From Cetorhinus maximus (taxonomy: Eukaryota): a stretch of DNA of 64,000 nucleotides. Each line of letters begins with the position of its first letter. Positions within the stretch are counted from its first letter, which is position 1. The notes beneath the pieces are model-generated. The model was not told where the DNA came from, made no database searches, and saw nothing but the letters and a program-made list of their open reading frames with translations. Positions 26,457 to 37,459 of this stretch are shown one piece after another. The translations under genes were made by a program, and so were the position numbers. Where the stretch lies: positions 90,334,001-90,398,000 of the forward strand of contig NC_135888.1 of the NCBI RefSeq assembly GCF_964194155.1. Reading direction: 5' to 3'.

Positions 26457-26950
26457 TATACCCCAGATATTGCCAAGTTCACTATTTTAAATGAGGACTG
26501 AGATGATTGATATAAACTAGATTTTAAACCTGTTGACCTGGCATGAATGGTCCAAGGGGCTAGTTCAAATGGTGGTGGTGCATTCCTGCTGCATTTGTGA
26601 CCACTGCCATTTTAACCTTGCTGAGTTTGAATGAGGGTGAGGTGCCATCACATCCAGGCATCTGTTCCATTAAAAACGTAAAAGCTCCAATGGTGGTATT
26701 TCGAGTCCAACACCATTCTAACTGAAAATCACAGAATTTTCACCGAATCTTGAACCCAGCAGCAAAACCGGGAGGGATTGCTGTATTTAATCTACTGAAG
26801 CTAAATAAGAAGGGGCTCTCAGCTGTAGCTCAGTGATTCAGAGGATCATTTTGCTGTCCTGGTTTGTCAGGAGAATTCCCAGCTTCCAGATTGCTTTCAC
26901 ACTTTTTTGGTCCTGTCACCTTCAGTAAGCTTTAGCTGCTTATTATGAAG
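26457..26950 (+). repeat. Direct repeat copy 2 of the ~490-bp segment
   Basis: Homologous to 24546-25040. Confidence 0.95.
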
Positions 26951-28424
26951 CCTATAATTACTACTTTAATCTCAAGACATATAAGGCTTGTGCCTATAAT
27001 GCAAGTGGTGAGAGGTGGTGATGTAGCAAGATGAAATGAGGATGGGGAGATGATAAATTTCAAAGGAAATGTGTGTAATGTGAAGAGAGTATGGAGTGAC
27101 GATAGTATCAACACTAACCCTTTCAGCCACCACTGTCTAGGCCAGTTTCATTGTGGCCTTGGTGACATTTTTCTGGCTGCTGGACAGTGCTCCCTCTGGT
27201 CTATAGGGATGCATTCAAAAAGCAGGGGGGAGGCCCTTTGAATCATCTGTCATTCCAAACAAGAGCAGCTAAGCTTGCTTTAAGAGATGGATTCCTGCCT
27301 TCAGCAGGCCTTGGGAGTCACAACGGTAATTAGGAGGACTGCCCGTTATTGAAACAAGGTCTGTGTGTTACATTGGCCTGGGCCTCACACCGAAAATGTC
27401 ATCAGGGCTTGTCATCCATTCCATTCCCCAAAACCGGGCTCATGTCCTCAGGTAAAATTATTATTTTGCCCTTGACATACAGGTAAATATTGCTTTCCTA
27501 ATTTAGGCCTTGCTGTCAAACTGTTCGCTAATCAAATGATAACCTCATGCCATCAAGGTAATAAATATGTTCGCTCTAATTGAAATATAAACTGCAATTC
27601 CTGAATTTAATCATGGTAACTGGAAAAATTGCCAAGGGCAATAAAGACCTTCTTTAACTATCAGTTATATCCAAGTAATTCTTTTTAAACTGAGCAGGAA
27701 ATAATTTCTACAATAAATAAATTACCAGTGTAAAGTATGGGCAATGCTTTTTTAAATCCCTTTTTTTCTTCATTGATGATATTAAGGTGTGCACATTTTA
27801 TTTAAATGATTTCCTGATGCTCCATCTTAGAAATATTGTGACAGCAGAACCTATTCTGAGTACCCTGAGATTGTCATTCTTGCCTTTTTAGCACCAAATA
27901 TGAAGCTAATTGCATGGAGATTTGCACAACTTTAAAAAAAAATTACATTATTTCTTATTCAAGCTAATACAATGCTGCTTGTACCTGTAAGAGTTTCTGA
28001 GGCAATGTAGCCTTAGAAGAGCTCTTGTATTTTGAAGAGGCAGCAACCTCTTCATGACAAGGCGGCTGAAAATTGCTTTCTAAAAATTGGGGTTGGTCAT
28101 GGTTTAACAAAATAAATCCCAAGAACAAAAAAGCTTTGCACATTATCCTGTTAATAAAACCAATAACTGGTCCAATGTGTAGCCTCACTAACTTGTGATG
28201 ATAATGTACTTATGGATTATGAAAATTGTCCTAAAGCACATAGATACAAGTTACATTTATGAGACTCAGCTCTGCCTAAGCACTGCATAAAGCCAATAAT
28301 GCAAATTTGTGACTTTAATTTTAGGTAATTTAGATATAAGAATTGAGAATTGCAAATACCTCATTTATAAGTGACTACAATGTGATTGCTACGTTGTCAA
28401 AATAATCTCTTGAAAAATATTTGG

Positions 28425-29233
28425 GATGGAATTGGCTCTCAAACTAGGATCTGCAGAGTTCTTCTAGAGGATCTATAACACGGTGGGGGGGGGTCAATAA
28501 TTTGTGGGGCGGGGTTCGGACGGTATGCCCCTCCAGAAACCACTTCAGCGTGAAGCCGACTGACTCCACGTTGAGCAGCCTCGCAGCCATAAAGTGCTGC
28601 AGGACTTATTAATGAGGGCCAAGTGGGTCTTCTGCCCTTCATTGGGGTGCCATGAAGGTGTCAGTGGCTGCTGCCAGGACTGCAGCTGAAGAGAGAATCC
28701 CAAGGCCTAGGATCCCTGCAACAGGTAAGTTCAGGAATCTTGGATCAGGAGGGTTTGGGAGCATTAGGGACATGGGCTGTGGGGGGGTGGGGAGCGGTGG
28801 GGGGAGGGTGTGTTTAAGAGAGGGAGCAGGTAGGAAGGAAGGGAGGTGTTCAATCTAAGGGAGGGCCACCCTGCAATCTGCAAAGGGCAGCCCCAGAAGA
28901 GTGACCCCACCCCCCAACCCTTCCTTCCTGCCCTTTAACCAAAAAAAAACCGGGCTTCCCACTCCCACCCTGCTGCCCAAGCCAAATGTACTATGGCATG
29001 GGCAGCATATTATCAGGATCAATCGGCCTGACAACAAGCCTAATTGACCCTTAAATGGTGATTTTAATATGGCTGCTGATTTCGGCACCCGCCCGGCCCC
29101 CCCCCACCTTATGGGAATGAGCTCGGGGGTGGGCAAGAAGGCGGTGGGATGAGTGCGCACTCCATTTTAAGATCCCCCGTCCCCCCCGTCCCAAGCGGAA
29201 AACACACCTGACGGTGGCGTGTAAAATTCAGCC
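28425..29233. mobile_element. Non-autonomous Harbinger-like element
   Basis: GGGATGGAATT at the left and GTAAAATTCAGCC at the right; GC-rich interior with TAATTG/CCCTTAA motifs. Confidence 0.6.
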
Positions 29234-30439
29234 GAGGGTCTGCCCACAGGTGGGTGGCATATGGGTGCCGCAGTCAAGAGTGAGTGGTGGCTGGAGGCAT
29301 GTGCTGCTCACTCCAGGCTCCCTGCTCTATCTGACCTTCAGCTTTCTCTGGGCTTCTTCTCTCTGCATGCTTCTCCTCTCATTATCGTGTACTTTCTAAT
29401 TGTTCCTGCTCTCCCCCTGGTCTCTAGTACTTCCTCCCTGTTTTACGTGGTCCTGCTCAGGATAGACAGACTCTGTAGTGAGAAGCTGACTCATCCATCT
29501 AACTGATATCTATAACTAATACCTGTTTCTTAAAAGCATTATTGAAATACTCTTAATTTTTGTGCAGCACTTTCTATTATGGGTATTATATAGTATTATA
29601 AATTAGCTGAGGGCCCGTGATTGTTAACCCATTTGAAAATGGGTCCTTCAACCAAAAAATTTACAACCACTGTTGTATGATACTGGTTCCACACACACAC
29701 AATTTTAAGCGTAAAATTTTCAGTCATGAACTTTAGCCCTAGAATTTGTCTCTGATGGTAAACATGATTATGCAGCAGCTTTATTTCATGAGCAAGGAAC
29801 GACCAACTGACAATGTTGCGTTCTCATGTGTATTATTCTCTGTTGTCCCTCACTTTTGAACTTCCTCCTTTTGCCTTTTGTATGATGGAGGCAGGAGTAT
29901 TGTGCGTCCTAATATTAGTAAATAACTTTGATTTAAAAATTGCCTTCAATGGTGCTTTTTGCAATATTATACTTATTCTTTCTGTATGAGATTCCTTATC
30001 CCTTATTTTAAAAGAAATAAGATAATGCTTCTTTTAAAATAGTATACAATAGAATATCTTAAAATGTTAAGATTTTATCTATTAATATCACACACAGGCC
30101 TATCTATCCTCCAGTTTTAATCAATGGCTTTCACTATTGATATAGAACTGTCTTGACTGTCGAGCGAAGGAGGGAAGGAAAAGCCAAGTAGGAATAATAT
30201 TCTCCACACATGAATATCCTCAAGTAGGAGAGTGGTATGTAGGGTGCTGCCAAAGGTTGGAGATTCGCTTGACCTGAAAACACAATAATTGGTTCACTGT
30301 TCAAACAAACATCCTGTGGCAATGGAACTCCTTCAAAAAGCCGGAATTTCAAATAAACACATGTGATTTTTACTTTACTTACTCAGCATTCAGTTCTGAA
30401 TCAAGTCATCAAATATCTCTTGGAAAAGAGATAGGGGCC

Positions 30440-31980
30440 TAGGGTAGTGTTCTAGGCCCAACCATCTTCAGCTGCTTCATCAATGACCTTCTTTCCACTA
30501 TAAAGTCAGAAGTGGAGATGTTCACTTATGATTGCACAATGTTCAGTACCATTTGCAACTCCTCAGATACTGAAGCAATTCGGGTCCAAATGCAGCAAGA
30601 CCTGAACAACATTCAGACTTTGGCTGACAAGTGGCAAGTAACATTTATGCCACAAAGTGCCAGGCAATGACCTTCTCCAACAAGGGAGAATCTAACCATC
30701 TTTCCTTGATGTTCAATGGCATTACCATCGCTGAATCCCCCACCATCAACATCCTCTGGATTACCATTGAACAGAAGCTGAACTGGACCAGACATATAAG
30801 TACTATGGCTGGAATTTTTGGCTTGGCAAGTGGGGATGGGGACCACTCGCCGAGGCGTAAAATGACATGTGGTGACGTCAGGCAGGCGTCCTGACATCAC
30901 CATGCGTCATTCAGATTTTCGGTTCGGCGGGTGCGCAACCAACTCAGCTGCGTGCCCGCTGTACTGTCAACAGCCTATTAAAGCCATTTAAATATCAATT
31001 AAAGTAGTAAACTGAGCTGCTTGTCCAACCTTAAGATTGGCGGGCAGGCGAAGAGCCCAGGCGGCCTTTGCATTTTTCATGGAACCTCATCCATGGGCGG
31101 GATGAGGTTTCATGAAGGGTTTATAAATTAAATAAATTTTTTCATTAATGTTCATTGGCATGTCCCAGCTCATGTGACACTAACATGTGAGGGGACATAT
31201 CTTAAATGTTTTTCCTTTCTTGATTTAACTTTTTATAACTTAAATTAATCTCCCTGAGGCACCTCTGCGCCTCAGGGAGATTTCTGTGCTCTTTCACGCG
31301 CATACACGCGAAAGAGTGCAGGCCCCGACTCAGGGAACCCCACCCCCCCTCACCCGCACAGGCGCACGTCACGCTGGGCAGGCCTTAATTGGCCTGCCCA
31401 TTTAAATGGCGGCACGGACCCAATCTGGGGTGCCGATTGGGTCCACGCCCGCCCCCTCACAGCCCCCCAATGGGGGGAAAATTCTCCCCCATGGCTACAA
31501 AAGCAGGTCAGATGCTGGGAATTCTGTGGCAAGTAACTCACCTCCTGACTCCCCAAAGCCAGTCCGCCATCTACAAGGCACAATTCAGGAATGTGATGGA
31601 ATATTCTCTACTTGCCTAGATGAGTGCAGCTCAAACAGCACTCAAGAAGATCAACACTATGCAGGACAAACCAGCCCACTTGATTGGCACCACATCCACC
31701 ACGTTAAACAGTCACTCCCTCCACCACCAACTCACAGTGGCAGCAGTGAGTACCATGTAAAAGATGTATTGCAGCAACTCACCAAACCTGTGACCTCTAT
31801 CACCTCAAAGGACAAGGGCAGCAGATGCATGGGAACACCTGTAAGCCCTGCACCACCATCCCTCCAAAACCACACACCATCCCAACTTGGAACTGTATTG
31901 CTGTTCCTTCAGTGTCGCTGAGTTAAGTCCTGGAACTCCCTTCCTAACAGCACTATGGATGTACCTATACCACATGGAGC
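30440..31980 (+). mobile_element. CR1/L2-group LINE 3' half, interrupted by a MITE
   Basis: GSVLGPTIFSCFINDL, LADKWQVTF..KCQAM, YKAQFRNVMEYS; same family as 10175-11128. Confidence 0.9.
30807..31489 (+). mobile_element. Hairpin-rich Harbinger MITE, copy 1
   Basis: GGCTGGAATTTT...AAAATTCTCCCC with ~3-bp TSD (TAT/CAT); removal restores the LINE sequence TACTATGGCTACAA. Confidence 0.9.
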
Positions 31981-33950
31981 GATTCAGGAATAAGGCTTGG
32001 ACAGAGTGGGTTTCTTGAAATGTGTACAGGAGAACTTTTTAGGTCAATATGTAGAGGGTCCAACAAGGGACGGCGCAGTGCTGGACCTAATTCTGGGGAA
32101 TGAAGCCAGTCGAGTGGCTGAGGTGGTGGTGGGGAAGCATTTTAGTGATAGCGACCACAACATGGTACAGTTTAAGTTTGTTATGGACAAAGAAATAGAC
32201 AAGTTGCAAAAAATTGTTTTGGATTGGGGGAGAGTGGATTTTAGTAAAATAGGGCAGGATCTGGCCAAGGTAGACTGGGAACAGCTACTTGTGAGGAAAG
32301 CGACAGAGGAGCAGTGGGGGGCGTTCAAAAAGGAAATGGGGAGGGTACAGGCTCAACATGTTCCCTCTAGGGTGATAGGGAAGGAGTAACAAGCCCAGAG
32401 AACCATGGATGACCAGAGATATTCAGGTTATGATGAGAAGGAAAAGAGAGGCAGGTACAAGGGGAGCAAGTCAGCAGAGGCATTAGTGGAGAACAGGAAG
32501 TGCAGGGTGGAGTTTAAGAAAGTAATTAGGAGAGCAAAGAGGGGATATGAGAAAGCTCTGGCCGTAAAAGTAGGGAAAATCCCAAGGTATTATATAAGTA
32601 TATCAATGGGAAGAGGATAACCAGTGAAAGAGTAGGGCCCATAAGGGACCAAGGGGGCAATCTATGGGTGGAGCCAGAGGACATCGCTAGCGTGTTGAAT
32701 GAATACTTCACATCCACCTTCACCCAAGAGAATGAGGATGAAGGTATTGAACTCTGGGAGAGAGACTGCGAGGTTCTTAAGCAGATTGATATAGGGAGTG
32801 ACAAGGTGTTGGAGGTGTTTGCAGGCTTAAAAGTAGTCAAATCTCCAGGTCCAGATGATTTGTGTCCCAGTCTTCTGAGGGAGGCAAGGGGGGAAATGGC
32901 AGGGGCTCTGACCCAAATTTTTAATTCCTCTCTGGCCAAGGGGGAGGTGCCAGAGGACTGGGGAACAGCTAATGTGGTTCCGCTATTAAGAAGGGTTGTA
33001 GAGATAAGCCAGGGAACTACAGGCCAGTGAGTCTCACGTCAGTGGTAGGGAAATTATTGGAGAAAATTCTGAAGGAGCGAATCTATCTCCACTTAGAGAG
33101 GCAAGGTTTGATCAGGGATAGTCAGCATGGCTTTGTCAGAGGGAGATCATGCCTAACAAATTTGATTGAATTTTTTGAGGAGGTGACCAGGTGTGTAGAT
33201 GAGGGCAGTGCAGTTGATGTAGTTTATATGGATTTCAGCAAAACCTTTGACAAGGTCCCACATGGGAGACTTATAAAGAAGGCAAATGCACATGGGATAC
33301 AGAGTAATTTTTATAAGATGGATTCAAAATTGGCTTAGTTGTTGGAGGCAGAGGGTGATGACAGAAGGATGTTTTAGTGACTAGAAGCCAGTGTCCAGTG
33401 GCGCACCACAGGGATCTGTGCTGGGTCCCCTATTATTTGTCATTTATATAAACAACATAGATGATTATGTGGGGGGTAGGATTAGTAAGTTTGCGGATGA
33501 CACAAATATTGGCCAGGTGGTTAACAGTGAGGTTGAGTGTCTTGGGCTACAGGAAGATATAGATGGGATGGTCAAATGGGCAGATAAGTGGCAGATGTAA
33601 TTTAACCCTGAAAAGTGTGAGGTGATACACTTTGGAAGGAGTAATTTGACATGGAAGTATTCAATGAATGGCATGACACTAAGAACTTCTGAGGAACAAA
33701 TGGACCTTGGCGTGTATGTCCATAGATCTCTGAAGGCAGAGGGGCATGTTAGCGGGGTGGTGAAAAAGGCATATGGGACAATTGCCTTTATCAATCGAGG
33801 CATAGATTACAAAAGTAGGGAGGTCATGTTGAAGTTGTATAGAACGTTGGTGAGGCCACAGCTGGAGTACTGTGTGCAGTTCTGGTCGCCTCATTATAGG
33901 AAGGACGTGATTGCACTGGAGGGAGTGCAGAGGAGATTCACCAGGATGTT

Positions 33951-34181
33951 AAAAACAAAAAACTACTGCGGATGCTGGAAATCCAAAACAAAAACAGAAT
34001 TACCTGGAAAAACTCAGCAGGTCTGGCAGCATCGGTGGAGAAGAAAAGAGTCAATGTTTCGAGTCCACATGACCCTTCAACAGAACTGTTGAAGGGTCAT
34101 GTGGACTCGAAACGTCGACTCTTTTCTTTTCCACCGATGCTGCCAGACCTGCTGAGTTTTTCCAGGTAATTCTGTTTTTGT
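33951..34181. mobile_element. Penelope-type inverted terminal-repeat remnant (palindrome)
   Basis: ~98-bp inverted arms 33986-34083 / 34086-34183; 14-bp TSD TTCACCAGGATGTT (33937-33950 / 34182-34195); removal restores the CR1 frame RRFTRMLPG. Confidence 0.85.
34086..34120 (+). ncRNA. Minimal hammerhead-ribozyme-like motif (variant core CUGUUGA)
   Basis: CTGTTGA-A-GGGTC-ATGTG-GACTC-GAAAC-GTC: core box, 5-bp stem II, GAAA box and NUH triplet. A mirror copy lies on the minus strand at ~34049-34083. Confidence 0.5.
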
Positions 34182-35142
34182 TTCACCAGGATGTTGCCTG
34201 GGATGAAACATTTATGTTATGAAGAGAGGTTGGATAGACTTGGGCTGTTTTTGTTGAAGCAGAGAAGACTGAGGGGTGACCTGATCGAGGTGTACAAGAT
34301 TATGAGGGGCATGGACAGGGTGGATAGGGAGCAGCTGTTCCCCTTAGTTGAAGTGTCAGTCACAAGGGGACATAAGTTCAAGGTGAGGAGCAGGAGGTTT
34401 AGGGGGGATGTGAGGAAAAACTTTTTTACCCAGAGAGTGGTGACGGCCTGGAATGCATTGCCTGTGAGGGTGGTGGAGGCGGGTTCCCTCACATCCTTTA
34501 AAAAGTGCCTGGATGAGCACTTGGCACATCATAACATTCAAGGCTATGGGCCAAGTGCTGGTAAATGGGATTAGGTAGGTAGGTCAGGTGTTTCTCACAT
34601 GTCGGTGCAGACTCGATGGGCCAAAGGGCCTCTTCTGCACTCTGTGATTCTGTGGCTAAATAATTATTTAAAACACTATTAGCAAAGGATGTTATGACTA
34701 AGAACATATGGAATATTAATAGTTAAGCCAAAGTAATTCTAAGCAACTAAATTGGGATAAATGTTGAAAACAGCCACTTTAGCTGCCTTTGCATTATCTC
34801 AAATTTTGAGTTCATTTTTTTAATGTGAGATGTTGAGTGAGAATAGTTCAAGATTTGTCAGCATTGTGAGGAATAGGCATCCCAAGAAGTCAGCGATAAA
34901 CGTGCATATGGGACTGTGTAAGTGCAGCAGATGTCAATATAAATTAGCATTTTAATAATCAAATGCTGACAAACCACTTTAAATAATACGTTTAAAATGA
35001 GCTTTGGTAGAAATGTCACTAAGTATCATGTTACTGCAAAAAAGGACGCCCTTAGCTTCACAAAACTTGTGAAGCATATTTATACTACCTTTAAGGGATA
35101 AACATATTTGCGAATATGGAAATTTGTTCTGATTTATGCATG

Positions 35143-35743
35143 GTGCAGAATCTTCGGGTCGGCGAGTGGAGATGGGCCCCACTCGCCAATGCGTAAAATG
35201 ATGCGCGGTGACGTCGAGCATGCGTCCCGACGTCACTGTGTGTCATTCTGATCCTAGGTTCGGCAAGCGCGCAGCGGAGTCGGCTGCACGCCTGCTGAAC
35301 TGTCAAAGGCCTATTAAGGTCATTTAAAAACTAATTAAAGTAATTAACTGAGCTGCCCGTCCAACCTTAAGGTTGGCGGTCAGGCGAAGAGCCCAGGCGG
35401 CCTTTGCATTTATCATGAAACCTCACCCAAGGGCGGGATGAAGTTTCATGAAGAGTTATAAATTAAATAAATTTTTTCATTAAAGTGCATTGACATGTCC
35501 CAGCTCATGTGACACTGTCACATGAGGGGACATGCCTTAATTTTTTTTTTTCTTTATTAAAAGAAAGAATGCAGTCCCCAATTCCGGCAACCCGCGCTTC
35601 CGGGTGCGCGGCATGCTGGGCAGGCCTTAATTGTCCCGCCCACACAAAATGGCGGTGCCTAGCTGATAGCGCGCAGTGATCGGCTGTGTGCATACCCGCG
35701 CCCGTTCCTGCCCAACCCCCCCGACAGGGAGAAAATTCTCCCC
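35143..35743 (+). mobile_element. Hairpin-rich Harbinger MITE, copy 2 (internal deletion)
   Basis: GTGCAGAATCTT...AAAATTCTCCCC, TSD ATG; colinear with 30807-31489. Confidence 0.9.
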
Positions 35744-35954
35744 ATGTATATTAAGTTCATTAAAATACACACTTCCCAGTTAGTAGAAAATGTTCATATT
35801 TTTATAAGGCTTAGAATATAAAATTTAGGAATAACATCCCACCTGGTTGCTCAAATTGTGCGCAGTTTTGTGTAACCCCTGACTTTCAAAGGCTTATTGG
35901 AGTAACAGAGAGATCTCAAGAAGAAATGATTAGTGTGGTTATAAAACTGTCCAC

Positions 35955-36429
35955 AGCCTATTAAAGCCATTAAAAAAGTGATTGGACTTGTTAAGAACAG
36001 CCCAAGCGGCTTTCGCATTTTTCAGGAAACCTCATCCACGGGCGGGATGAGGTTTCCTGAAGCTTTTATGAAATAAATTTTTAAAATACCCTAACTTCAC
36101 AAACATGTCCCAGCTCATGTGACGTTGTCACATAAGGGGACATGTTTAAATAAATTTTTACTTTATTTATTGAAAAGTTTTCTAATCCATTCAATCTCCC
36201 GGAGGCAGCTCTGTGCCTCAAGGAGGTTGCTGCGCTCTTTCACGTGCATGCGTGAAAGAGTGCAGGCCCCGACTCCCCCTCCTTCCCCTCCTTCCCCCCA
36301 CCCACACAGGTAGCGCTGAGCGCTAATTGGCCACGCACTACGCTAGGCGGGCCTTAATTGGCCTGCCTGCATAAATTGGCTCCATGTCCGCCCCTGCCCA
36401 GCCTGCCCGCCATAGGAAAAATTCTCCCC
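35955..36429 (+). mobile_element. Hairpin-rich Harbinger MITE, copy 3 (5'-truncated)
   Basis: Matches the 3' two-thirds of 30807-31489 and ends AAAATTCTCCCC. Confidence 0.85.
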
Positions 36430-37459
36430 ATAGACTTACAAAAGTAGTTAATTGTGTGTCCACTAACTCCAAAAGGAGTTGGAGAAAAACATGGCTTAAA
36501 AAGATTGGCTAAAGGTTACATGGATAAATTTAGACGTGAACGATCAAACCCTACATGGAACAGTATAGTGCACTACTGGGACCACGGGAATGCCATTAGT
36601 GAAATGCAGCTACCCAAACATATTACTCAGGCAGCTAAAGCAGCTCAGCACAAATGCAGTTCCACACTTAAATTGGCCATATGAATCCTTGATATTTGCA
36701 TGCGTTTCCTGTGCCGGAAACAGATATAAACTAACACAATTGAGTAAAACAATTATGTAATGTAAGGGTTATGTTCTGTAATATGGCTTTTGATTCAAAA
36801 ATCATATTTTCATTATAAAGCAAGTGCATGCCTCAGTTTTTGTGAGCACAGTATTTTCAGGAGAGGCAGTTTAAAAATAAATGTTAGTCATTGGCTGTAA
36901 TCAGTTCATGCCCCAAAATCCCGGAGTACTCAATTATAATCTGAAGCGGAGATTTTTTTTCTCTGATTCACCATCATTTTACATTGTTAATAAGGTCCTG
37001 CTGGAATTGAAAGCAGGGCTGAATGATGACATTTCCCTGCAATGCTTAATCTACTTGAAGAGAAAAGCCTTTCCCTATCCATGGGAGGCAACACTTATAC
37101 CTTAAAACATGCTCAGTATTCAAATCTAAATCTTGATGGGTCTCAGGACAATATTTCATGACCATGAATAGCTTTAGTTACTCATTTTTGACAAGATGAG
37201 TGACTTATGCATATTAAAGGGCTTTGTTAGAATACCCAGATATGAATCAAAGTAACAGTATCCTTTATATTCAAATACCTGCCTTACTGGATATGGCATA
37301 TTTTCTTCTCCTCAGCTTCAGTTATGTCATTAACAGCCATATAGAAAAAACAAAAATGTAAGAATAGAAGCACAATTGAAGCACAGCATGTTTGCAACTG
37401 TGAAAATAAAAGAAAAATCCTTGTAATATTTCATGATATTGTAAATATGCATTAACTTT

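Larger units (their letters stand above)
31993..34654 (+). mobile_element. CR1 LINE, 5'-truncated ORF2 (EN end, RT, 3' UTR), frameshifted
   Basis: PTRDGAVLDLILGN, SDSDHN, KSPGPD, QHGFVRGRSCLTNL, DFSKTFDKVPH, PQGSVLGPLLF, SKFADDT, RPQLEYCVQFWSP; microsatellite-like tail CTCTGTGATTCTGTG. Confidence 0.97.

Noticed and set aside
26451-26500. Acceptor-like TTTTTTTTCTAG followed by DLIYPRYCQVHYFK*
   Set aside because: Stops occur in all frames within 50 nt, there is no recognisable homology, and the segment is part of the local duplication.
27508-27558. 51-nt plus-strand AG...GT segment (GLAVKLFANQMITSCHQ)
   Set aside because: Too short to distinguish from chance and phase-incompatible with the other candidate exons.
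32044-34492. Several antisense ORFs of 60-140 aa over CR1, and similar ones over the RTE and other LINEs
   Set aside because: Shadow ORFs on the opposite strand of LINE ORF2; no independent coding evidence.
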